Shown here piece by piece: positions 35,211 to 46,900 of a stretch of DNA of 64,000 nucleotides; position 1 is the first letter of the stretch; each line of letters begins with the position of its first letter. The translations under genes were made by a program, and so were the position numbers. Source of the stretch: Azolla caroliniana (taxonomy: Eukaryota > Plantae > Polypodiophyta); the NCBI GenBank assembly GCA_043228905.1, contig JBHGNT010000007.1, forward strand, positions 10,664,001 to 10,728,000, written 5' to 3'. The notes beneath the pieces were generated by a model. It was not told where the DNA came from and searched no databases. It was given only the letters and a program-made list of their open reading frames with translations.

Positions 35211-38200
35211 TGTCGTGGAGAAAACTGTCCCTAGGCGGAAATCGGGTATAACGTGTGTAAACCAACCCTTACACGTGGGCACAAGTTTTGTTGTATAGGA
35301 CGTAGATAGGTACAAGTCGGCTCAGGTGAAATCCTAGATAGCACGCATTCATTAGGGAGAAAATCGAGGCGTATCCATTTCCGAAAGGACAGGGAATAAA
35401 CATGATGTAACGGGTGGTAACGGCCTCCCTCCTTGGGCTATAAAAGAGAGGGAGAGGTATTGTAAATATACCGCATTTTGTGGAGCACGAAGTGCTGCCA
35501 GACTGGAACCGAGATCTTCTCCTCTGTTGTCTTCATAGTCGTTCAGTGTAGGTTTTTGGGAGGCTTACTCTGCTCCGTGGAGCGCCCGAGTGCTTCCGGC
35601 AGAGTCTCTATCTCGCGTTCTGAGTCTGTGTGCGCACGTGTGTGTAGGCGTCGGAGCCTATCACTCGCCGGCTTGCCGGTTGTAACTCCTTGATTTATAT
35701 ATACATATACATTTGTTCTGTCTCCTTTGTTCAGAGTTAGTTGCAACTCCTGTGAATCTGTGTGTCTGTGCGCGTGTGAAGTACATCAATAGTTTCCTTC
35801 CCCTCTTCTCATTCGGTTATTTCTCGGTCCAAGGCCCCCGTGGTCCTGCCTCGTTCTCCACACACTCGCGTATCAACGTGACATATTTGGTGAACTTGAT
35901 ATGAACATGCGGCAGAGGAATAGAAAGATGAGAGGGTTAGATCTTGCAAAAGCCATGGCTTCGGCTGTGGATCGGATAGTGAGTGCGCGCGAAGGCATAG
36001 GCGTCCTTGATAGGGCTATTGAAGCAGTTGTCGACACGATAGGCCAGTTCGGTGGGAAGGACGCTAGGAGCTATTTGGAGGCTTACCGAGCCAAAATGGT
36101 GATGAGGCACATCCCGGAGGATAGGGGCCTGGCCGGATTCCATCGGATGGCGATGCTGGGCATCCACGCGGAGGTGCTTGAGGTACGGGCTAAGAGTCGG
36201 ACCTGGGAAGAGTTTGAAGGTCGGCTCCTTGAAAAATACGGGCTTGATGACGCGCTTCGGCTATCGAAGCAGGACTTCATGGAATGGGTGGAGACCCCCG
36301 AAAAGGGGAGAAACGCGTCGGTGCTCCTTCGGGAGTTTGAAGAACGCTTCGCACGTCTTTCTGCACTGGACCAGACTGTACTGGACACAAGTCGTGTCCT
36401 ATTGTTTGTTAAATCGGTGGACGTAAGGGACCGGGAGCAAGTGGGCTTCCTGTTGGAGAATGATGACGGCCTAACAATCGACTGGGCCGTGGTAAAGAGA
36501 GTCTGCGGCCGTTTTGACAAACGGTGTGAGTGGGTCGACAAAGGCTTGACGGGGTCGGGTTCTGTTGCGACAAGGAAGGTTGAGTTACCCCCGCCGGCAC
36601 GAAGGGAAGAGCCCGAGACTGGCTCGAGACCGGCTCGCCTTCGACCAACATGGTCAAAGGCTCGTCCGGAGGAGCGTCTCTGGAGGAGCTGACTCAGATG
36701 GTGAGGGACCTCCAGATTGCACAAGCAAGGAGGGACGGCGGTGAACAAGTCAGTGACCGAAGGCCTCCGGCTAGGAACCGGTGCTTGTGGTTTGACGTGG
36801 TTGGCCACGCTTGAAACAACTACGGGGACTTCGCCGAAGCAATAAGAGCTAACGTGGTGTACTTATGGAATGGTCGGGTGCACGCTAGCGAGACCCGAAG
36901 GGCCCTAGATCTGAATGTCGGACGAGGGGGTATGAAACAGTTGATGGAAGAAGCGGCGGCTCGCCACGCGGAGACCGTCCACTACTCGGCGTCGGCTAGA
37001 ATGCGGGTCGGTAGTGATGAAGTCCGGAAGACGAAGGAAGCTGGATTCTGGCCGTTAATGCTGGAAGGCCTTGCTGGCGTACGACTGAGGAAAGAGGAAG
37101 CGGGCCACGTAGAAAGATGGGTCCGGGAGGCAACCAGGTGGGGTGACCCGGTCGAAGAGAAGACGGGCTTCGTTGAAGCCGCTTGCCAAAACTACGAGGT
37201 TCTAGTGGAGGACAAGCGTGCGGGTAAGACCGGAGGGGCCGGACCCTCACAATGGTATGAGACCCGGTTCGGGCAAAAGCAGAATGATGCTGGTGCGATC
37301 GGTGCACCAGATAAAGCCAAGAGGGCCGGGTACCGCTTGAGAACGGAGATCGAGAGGACCACGGACCTGCAAAAGGTTCTCTAGGAATGTATCCTTGATA
37401 GCAAAGTGGAGCTATCACTGAGGGAAGTGCTCGGAATCGCCAAGAAGGAGTTCCACGACTCCATCGTGGACTTGGTGAAGCGAAAAAGGCTTTTGACAGA
37501 GCCGGAGCCGGAGAAGCTGGTGGAGGTGCGAACGACGCACCTAGAAGACATGGCTCTAGAAGACAAGTTGGTGGAGAGCCACTATTCAAGGCCACATTGG
37601 GCCAGAGCAACCACGGAGATCCCCGTTAAGATCGGAGATGTTGAGGCGCCGGTGGTGGCGTTGATGAACTATGGTTCAGAAATCAACTTGATGTCCATGG
37701 ACTTCTACAAGAAGGGAAAGTGGCCGATCAACACCAAGCACGGGTGGAAAATACGGGCAGCAACTCGTGAGATGGAAGAGCTGCATGGAGCTTGCCCGAA
37801 TGTACGAGTGAAAATCGGCGATGTCGAGATCGATCAACACTTCTTCGTGCAGGAGACGTTCTCGCATCCGGTTATAATCGGGGAATCATACATCACGGCG
37901 GCACGGATGGAGACAAAGTTGCTGGACAACGGTTCGGCATATGCACGAGTCAAGAGCCAGGATGGGCGACACTCGGTCCAGTTCCTGACGGTGCAACCGA
38001 ACCATGAGCGTAACAACGAGACCCTCGGTGGCGAAAACTGAGGGGATTTTTAGAGAGGGCTATCAAGGCGTGGGGCCGCGATAGTCCGGACACCCCGGAA
38101 AAACCCCACAGATGTACTATAGGCAAAAAGACCTACACCATAGGTAGGAAATTTTGGTTCTCTGATAGCGGAGGTTGTACGATAGCCAGCGTAGTTGGCC

Positions 38201-41200
38201 GGGAAAAGAAGCGGGCGGAGGAGCGACTTCGGGCATGCGGAGTCCTCGGCCCTGAAGAGGAAATCAACGGAGTAGTGGAGGCGGTCTCTTTCGACGACAC
38301 CTTGGGGAAGTTACGGGAGATGTTCGGAGAAGGCCTTAATGAGGACCGGACGATTCCGGTATGTTCGGAAAGGATGTACGAATTCATTGCCGACTTCGGT
38401 AATGGACTCGAGTCGGATAGGACGACCCGAGTGGATACGAAGTACAAGACTGTGGACCGGAAGGTGAGGCCAGTCACGACACCCTTGCCGGAGGGCAGCG
38501 AGTTACCGATAAAGGGGGTCGCGTCGGACCCAAGTTTATGAGATCCAGCTAGCATAGGACACACGTTCACCGACATAACGCTACGGGAGCTCAAGATCGG
38601 TGGGGGTGGCTTTCTACTGCCGGCGGAAGAGGACCGGTTTCGGAGAATGCTCGGGAGGCACGGGAAGGCTTTCGCATTCTCATCGGACGAGATCGGGTGC
38701 GTAGACCCGATGGTTGTGGAACCAATGGTGATCTTCACGGTACCGCATGTGCCGTGGAATCTCAAACCGATTCTGGTACCTAGAGCTCACATCCCGAAGC
38801 TGATGGACCTGCTGAAATAGAAGGTGGAGATGGGCATCCTCGAACCATCGAGTGCCCCATACTCGAATCGGTGGTTTACCGTGCCAAAGAAGAACAACAT
38901 GTTGCGCTTTATTCAAGACCTGCAGCCGGTCAACAAGGTGACCATTCGGAACGCAGGATTCAGACCGACCATAGACGAGTTCGCGGAGGCCTTCGCCGGA
39001 AGGTCAATTTACTCAGTCAGTGATCTGTACTCGGGGTAGGATCAGTTACAACTAGCCGTGGAGAGCAGGTACATTACGACGATGCAGACTCCTCTCGGCC
39101 TAGTGCGGATGTGTACCCTCCCGCAAGGAGGGACGAACTGGGTAGCCCACATGGTGAACGCAATGAACAAAGTGCTGAGGGATTGTATCTCGGGCATCAC
39201 CATGCCATTCTTAGACGACATCCCGATGAAAGGATGCCCGGTGGAGGAAAAGGACGCGACAATTGGACCGAACGAATGTCGGAAATTCGTGGCGGCTCAT
39301 GTCGATGACTGCGAGAAGGTACTGCAAAGACTAGAAGGAGCAAGGCTCACCTTCTCCGGGGAAAAATTAGCCTTCAGGGAATCAGAGATCATGGTTGTCG
39401 GACACCTATGGGGGCCATATGGTCGGAAACCATCTCCAGCCAAGGTGGAGGCCATCCCCGCAATGAAGCAAGACTGCAATTCGGTTACAGAGGTTCAGAG
39501 ACTCCTAGGAGCATGTGCGTTCTACCATATCTGGATCCCACATTACGCCCACGTTGCGGAGCCGCTCTATGGGTTGTTGAAAAAAGGGCATAAATTCGAG
39601 TGGAGAGACGAGCATACGGAGTCAGTCTAGAAGATGAAAGAAGCACTTGCCACAGCACCGACGCTCCGAAAGGTTGTCTACGACAAAGACACTCCGATTT
39701 ACGTGACCATGGACACGAGTCCGATCGAGATCAGATGGGTGAATAACCAAGAGGATGACGATGGCGCGAGGTTCCCCATCCTATTCGGTGCGAAAGTCCT
39801 CAGTTAGCGATAGCGAGGATACGCCCAGGTTAAACACGAACTCTAGGGTATCGTTCGGCGATCAAGGCCGATAAAGACTACCTGATCGGGACAAAGGTGA
39901 TACTCGAGACAGAATGCCTGCCGATTCTCGGCATGGTTTCCGGATGCGTGACGCCAGACCTAGCAATGCTTAGGTGGATAGCGTATATCAAGTCCCTGAA
40001 TCCAGAAATACGACACATTTCCGGAAAAGACAATGCCATGGCCGATGTGCTTTCGAGAGCGAGGTTCGATGACGAGGAAGGCATGGTATTGGAGGACGAG
40101 GAAGTCGGCGTGGACTTATTCGAGGCGACTTACGTAACAACAAGAAAGGGGAACACTCCGGTGCTTAACGAATTCGACGAGAGCAAGATCGGTGGGTTCC
40201 TGAAGACAATGGCACCGGACGTGGCGTGGACGAAGGAAGAGACCAACCAGATTCGGAAGAAAGCGTACCAATTCTTCCTACGGGACGGGAGCATATGGAA
40301 GCACCCGAAGAAGAGAAATGGCATCCCGCTCCGACTGGTGACGAGGAAAGAGGAACAGGAAGAATTGATGACAACATACCACGAGAGTCCTTAAGCCAGT
40401 CACCGCGGGATGTGGGCCACATTCGAGAAGCTAAAGGGGAAGTACTGGTGGCCGGGACTATATCGGGACGTGCATCAGTTCGTGACGACTTGCGAAAGCT
40501 GTCAAGTGCACTCCATAGTCCGACATCAGGACGAGCTTCACCCGACCTACCCTCAGACCGTCCACTTCAAGTGGATGGTGGATCTGGTGACGATGCCGAT
40601 GGGGGTAGGGCAGATGCGGTATCTGGTGCTGGCTCGGGAGGACTTGACGAACCAGGTGGAAGGCCGAGCGTTGTAGAACAAAACGACTACGGCCGTGTGC
40701 CGATTTCTGATCGAAGAAGTGGTATGTCGGTACGGATGCGTAGGTAAGATTGTGGCCGACCCTGGAGAATTGGACGGGCAAGAGGCAGAAGAGCTCTTTG
40801 ACCGGTTAGGGATTAAACTCTCGCTCACCACAACGTACAATCCGGAGGCTAACGGGAAGGTGGAACGTGGACACGGGCCGATCGTCAAAGCGTTAGTACG
40901 GGCGTGTGGAGGCCAAGTCGGGAACTGGCTGCGGCTCTTACCTTCTGCGTTGTGGGCGGACCGAACTACGCACAGTTCAGTAACCGGGTTCATGCTAGTA
41001 GAGCTAATGTACGGGCAGAAGCCAATCATGCCAACGGATCAGACAATCTCCTCATGGGCCGCGGTGGACTGGAAAGACGAGATGAGACGGGAGGAGCTGT
41101 TAGCAGCACGGATTCGGCAACTGGAGCGAAGGCCGGAGGACGTGGACCGAGCCGCTGAGAAGCTACAGGTGGCGAGGGTAAAGAACAAAGGACAGTTCGA

Positions 41201-42262
41201 CCGGACTCACTGGCTGAGACCGAAGAAGATCGACGAAGGCGATTGGGTTCTAGTGTCTAATAGCAACCTCAACAACCAGCACAGGGCAATGCGGAAGTTT
41301 GCAAGAAGGTGGTTCGGCCCTTATGTGGTGACAAGCGCCAACAACAATGGGACCTACCATCTCCCGGAGCTCGACGGGACAAGGATGGTGGTACCAGTGG
41401 CGGGAAAAAGGATCAAAGCATTCAAAAAACGGCACGAGGCTGAGCCGGACCCGCACGACCTGGATGGCGACAACAACCGGTTCAGAACGGATGTCAATCC
41501 GGAAGACGAAGGATAAGCGTGGGCCGGTCTTCTCCGGCAAGAGTCTAATTTTGGCGCATACCGGTGGATGCGCGGTTAGGTGGGGGCAGATGCCGTGGAG
41601 AAAACCGTCCCTAGGCGGAAACCAGGTATAACGTGCGTAAACCGGCCCTTACACATGGGCAAAAGTTCTGTTGTATAGTACGTAGATAGGTACAAGTCGA
41701 CTGAAGTGAAATCCTAGGTAGCACGCATTCATTAGGGAGAAAATCGAGGCGTATCCCTGTCCGAAAGGACAGGGAATAAACATGATGTAACGGGTGGTAA
41801 CGGCCTCCCTCCTTGGGCTATAAAAGAGAGGGAGAGGTATTGTAAATATATCGCGTTTTGTGGAGGACGAAGTGTTGCCGAACTGGAACCGAGCTCTTCT
41901 CCTCTGTTGTCTCCGAGTCATTCTGTGCAGGTTTTGGGGAGGCTGACTCTACTCTACGGAACGCCCGAGTGCTTCCGGCAGAGTCTCCATATTGCATTCT
42001 GAGCGTGTGTGTGTGTGTGTGTGTAGGCGTCGGAGCCTATCACTCGCCGGCTTGTCGGTTGTAACTCCTTGATTTATATATACATATACATTTGTTCTGT
42101 CTCCTTTGTTCAGAGTTAGTTGCAACTCCTGTGAATTTATGTGTCTATGCGCGTGTGAAGTACATCAGTAGTTTCCTTCCCCTCTTCTCATTCGGTTATT
42201 TCTCGGTCCAAGGCCCCCGTAGTCCCGCCTCATTCTCCAGGCACGCGCGTATCATCGCGACA
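35211..42262 (+). mobile_element. Full-length decayed Ty3/gypsy element 2
   Basis: LTRs 35211-35883 and ~41590-42262 (TG..CA); 4-bp TSD CCGG. gag ~35901, protease-like ALMNYGSEINLM (catalytic D lost) ~37660, RT FLDD, RNase H, integrase to 41516; many stops. Confidence 0.92.
38044..38109 (+). promoter_or_regulatory. Putative -1 ribosomal frameshift signal (G GAT TTT plus stem-loop/pseudoknot)
   Basis: The gag-pro frame reads GGG GAT TTT TAG, and the -1 frame is open into the pol ORF at 38275. Stem GGGCTATC (38057-38064) pairs with GATAGTCC (38080-38087). Confidence 0.6.
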
Positions 42263-43957
42263 CCGGGTCTTAGGGTTTGTCTTCAGATGCTGATGTCGGC
42301 TGCAGAGGTTCTCAACCCCCGCACTCTGATACCATGTGATAACGAAGGGCGGAAGCATCAAACAAACCGGCTCCGCCGGATAGCAACAAACAAAGAGAGA
42401 GAGAGAGAATAGAAACACATAGTGTACGCGGGTGAGACAAAGAATAAGCAGAACGTTAAAAGTCTATTACAAAACAATAATAGTTCTTTGTCTCTACAAA
42501 TGCTTCAACAACACTATTTATACAAGTTCTAAGAGGACTGATAGAAGTACGGTGTACTTGAATGCTCACACGAGCGTCTAACACTAACTACGAGTCATTA
42601 ACTACTTAGCAGTCTAGGCTACTACTAGGCTTCCGATTACTGCTAGATTCGGCTAATCGTCCCCAGATCACCGGCCTACGTGCTCACCGGCTCACCGATC
42701 CGGCTCATCCTTCCGGATGCCGATCCGGCTTAGGCTTATTCAGCCGATCTGGATCCGGTTGAGCTTGCCACTCAACAAAAAGGGCACATCAGTTGTAGCT
42801 ATGAGTGCAGAGGAGATCCTATTCATTTGTGAGTAGGCAAGCACAAATCATGCAAGTGAAGAATGCACATGGGTGATTGACTCTAGGGCATCATTCCACA
42901 TAACTCTGTCGAGAGAGTGTTTCTCGACTTATACAGTCGGAGTTCATGGCTATGTAAGAATGGGAGATGATGGAGAATGCAAGATAGCTGGCATGGAAGT
43001 GTAAACTTGATGACGTCCATAGGTTGTCAGCTGACTTTGAGGGAAGTTCGACATGTTCCTGATATCAGACTGAATTTGATATCGACTTGAAGGTTGGATG
43101 ATGAAGGCTATTGTGGTAGCTTCTAAAATGGCTAGTGGAAGTTCTGTCGAGGAAACCTCATAGTGGCCCAAGCACAGAAAGAAGGCACATTGTATATGAT
43201 GCATGCCCAATTGCACAAGTCGGAAGTAAATGTCGCAGTCGACTCAAGTGGCGAGTTATGACATAAAAGGCTAGGACACATTGTAAGGAAACAATGGAAT
43301 ACTGCTTTGCCACAACCGAGTCTTGAATCACTTCAATGAGAGTGCAAACAGTAATGGGAATAGAAGTACACACAAAAGAGAGTACACAAGATGTTTATGT
43401 GGAAAACCCTAAATGAGAAAAAAAACGGGATCCCACAGACTCCAACTATCATTATGTAGGAAAAGGTACAAACAGAGACTTAGAGGCAATGACCTCGAGC
43501 TCTGTATCTTCGCCAGCCGGCAATTACAACAAAGTATCACTCTGTATCTCTCTCTGTCTCTCTATACAACAGTTATCTTAACAACAATATGACAACTACA
43601 ACAACAACCTTAGAGTGATTGCCCTAAGTAATATTTATACTTATATGAACTTAGGGCTATTTACAAATATAGCCTCAATAGGCTTACTCAAATCATATTT
43701 ACAAATATGTCATCTCTTCCGGTTCTCACCGGGTCTTCTTCATCCATCACCGGATCCCATCCGGAGGGACCGATTTCCCAACAATCTCCCCCTTCACTCC
43801 GGCATGGGATGTCTCGCAAGCCCGATCCGCTTTTGGCACGCGTCCAACTTGTCGCTTGTCAACACCTTGGTTAGCATATCCGACCCATTCTCCTCCGTGT
43901 GGATCTTGGTCAGCACGAACTCTTGATCTTCTACTCTTTCTGGGATCCAATGGTACC

Positions 43958-46900
43958 TGAAAAAGATTATGTGCGGAAGCAACATAAAACCAAACACAGA
44001 AAATACGCAAGTTTAATGGAGAGCTTGAATATACACAGTACACGGGAGAGACATAGAGAGAGAGAACACACAGAAACTCAATTCAAAATAATACTCAATC
44101 TGTACATAGAATGTGCTTAGTGAGCACTTTTATACAAGTCCATACGGACTGACAAAAGTACTTACACATACCTCAATGCTCATAACTGAGCTCTACGCTA
44201 ACTCCCAAAATATATTCCTACGCGGAATATCTTTCCAACATCCTTGTAGTTTACGCACCGCTATAGCTTCTCGTTACGCACCGGTTTGCGTACCAGTTTA
44301 CACACCTGTTTTACACACCGGTCCGGCCTAACCGATCGGCCCCAACCGATCCGGTTCTCGTCTTGCACAGCCGATCTGGCCAATGTTGAGCTTGTATCTC
44401 AACACTCCCCCTCAAGCTCAACTTGAGGTTCCATCTACTCTTCCAGATCTGCGCTCTGGTTCCTTCTGGCTTCACACCTCACTCGCGCTCCTCGACCTGT
44501 TTGATTCTACACGCCTCGACCCTTCTGGTCGGCTTGTCTGCTCACACGGCCCTTCTCAACTTCCTTGTTGTTGCGGTGTTGGCGCCTCTTCTACTGCCTT
44601 CTCTTCCGCTTGGCCCTTGGTTGATTCAGCGTATCCGAACCAAACATCCGAACCAACTCGGCTTCCTCCGATTGGTTTTCGCTCTCATCTGAGTTTGCTG
44701 TCTCCAACTCGTCTTCAGTCTTCTTGCCCTTGATGGTTTCGTCTGCCCCATGCTTGGTTGGCTTCGACTCTTTCTTTCGACTACTCTCCTTATGTCCGCT
44801 TTCGGACTCTTCCGCGGATCCACCCTCGGCTTCTTCAGCCGATCCGAAATCGAATTCGTCATCCGACTCGGTGTCATGGTCTTTTCCACTCCTTTCTTGC
44901 TCCCTTTCGTGGTCATCATGGACGTCTCTCCCCCTCAAGTTCGGCACGTCGAGGTGACGCAACCCAAGTGCACTTGAGAATTGCCGCAACTTGTCCAAAC
45001 CAAGAGTCTTGGTGAAGATGTCAGCGTTCTGCCAATCCGTCGGAACACGCTCACGGACGAAATGGTAGTGCACCTCAATGTGCTTAGTCCGGGCGTGGAC
45101 GGGGTTCTTAACTAGCTCAATGTTGTTGAGGTTGTGACAGTGGATTATCGTTGGATCGGATACCTCCACCTGCAGATCCTTAAGTAGCCACTTCAACCAT
45201 ATAGCTTCGCATGTCGTGACAACCGCTCCTCTATACTCGGCTTCAGTGCTCAATAGTGCAACTATCGGCTGCTTCCTTCTACTCCACGCGATCGCGGCAC
45301 TCCCAAGAGAGAACGCGAAACCGAACGTGGATCGGCGATCGGCGGCATTTCTGGCCCAATCAACATCGGTGTAACCAACCAATTGCACGGCAATATCGGT
45401 CTGATAAAGTAGCCCCTGGTCCTTAGTGCCACTGACGTACAAGAGTATGCGTTGTGCGCACTGAAGGTGCTCCTCGGTCAGTCGCGCCATGAATTGACTA
45501 ATCACCCCGACCGGGTAGCTGAGATCTGGCCGGGTGATGGTAAAGTATATGAGGCTTCCAACTATCTATCGGAACCTCGTCGGGTCGCATATCTTTCCGG
45601 AATCGGGGCGAAGCTTGATGGTGCTATCCAGAGGAGTCGAGACGGACTTAATCCCGAATTTGAAGAGCATACTCAACACGTAATGTCGTTGGCTGATCAG
45701 TATGCCTTCGGGGATGCGGATCACTTCGATCTCGAGGAAATAATGAAGGTCCCCCAGGTCCTTCCTATCAAATGAAGTCGCGAGCTGGAGCTTTATGCAG
45801 TCAATTTCACCAAGGTCAGCGTTGGTGATGACCAAGTCATCAACATAAAGTAGAATACTAACCGGCCCGAGTCAACCTTTCCGGATGAACAATGAGGAGT
45901 CCGACTTTGACGTCGCAAAGCCCATCCGACACAATCGTTGCGTGATCTTCGCGTTCCAAGCACGCAGGGCTTGATTTAGTCCATAAAGGGACTTCCTCAA
46001 TCGGCACACCGTCGAAGTGTTCGTTCCAGAGTGAAATCTAGGGGGTTGTAGCATGTACACCTGCTCCTCAAGCTCACCTTGAAGGAACGCATTCTTTACA
46101 TCCATCTGATGTAAGTGCCACCCCATTGCTGTAGCTATCGCGAGCAAAACACGAACGGTCGTCATCTTTGCGACCGGCGCAAACGTCTCATCGTAGTCGA
46201 TGCCGTGTTTCTACGCGTAGCCTTTCGCTACTAACCAAGCCTTGTATCGGTTGACGGAGCCGTCAGTGTTGTACTTGACCTTGTACACCCACCTACATCC
46301 GATCGGCTTCACACCTTTTGGTACGTCAACTAGGTCCCATGTTTCATTCTCCGCCAATGCGCACATCTCTTCCTCCATTGCGGCATGCCAATTTGCGTCC
46401 TTCGCCACTTCTGTGTAGCTCTCCGGCTCACGCACTTTCGCTACACGGGTCATGTACGCATAGTGATGCGCCATGTACTCATTGTATCCGAACCGCACAA
46501 CAGGGTTCTTTTGGCGGGTAGATCGGCGTAATTGCTCATTAGCCGATGTTGAGGCTATCTTAGCCGGCACGGACTTCGCTCTCGAAGACCCGTCATCACT
46601 TCCCTCAGAGTCGGACTCGCGTCGATCCGACTCGTTCCTACCCGTGCCGTAATCCGACACCTTCTTCCCTTTTTCCTAGCGCGTAAACTGTCTCATCGGC
46701 TTCCTATGCGGGGAATGCACGGCTGAGTCCCCACTACTCGCCGGCTCTTCATCGTACTGGTCGAACCGACTCAATCGTCAATCTGGTCTGCTTAACCAAA
46801 ACGAAATCAGACTCTCTTCGTGGGTCCCGATTTTGAGGCTCATTTGGAGGCATCTCGGCCTCGCTGACCTCATCGTCAGAACTCGAATTTGAGGTGAGGT

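Larger units (their letters stand above)
4456..42777 (-). mobile_element. Ty1/copia element B, complete but carrying ~33 kb of nested insertions
   Basis: 3' LTR 4456-4898 with PPT (CTTGAGGGGGAG on the minus strand, 4899-4910); 5' LTR 42335-42777 with PBS TGGTATCAGAGT 42323-42334. The two LTRs are clearly homologous. TSD AAATG/AAAAG (1 mismatch). gag pieces at 34391-35190 and ~9100-9418. Confidence 0.88.
2822..43281 (+). mobile_element. Ty1/copia element H (Tnt1/Tork-like), decayed, split by copia B (pieces 2822-4455 and 42778-43281)
   Basis: LTR TGTTAGG 2822 to ~3624 with ~20-bp internal repeats; PBS TGGTATCAAAGC 3627; gag with zinc knuckle CFYCGKHGH (3976-4380). The frame resumes at 42778 with KGTSVVA..WVIDS.ASFH and L*HKRLGH, collinear with copia F. 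Confidence 0.8.
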
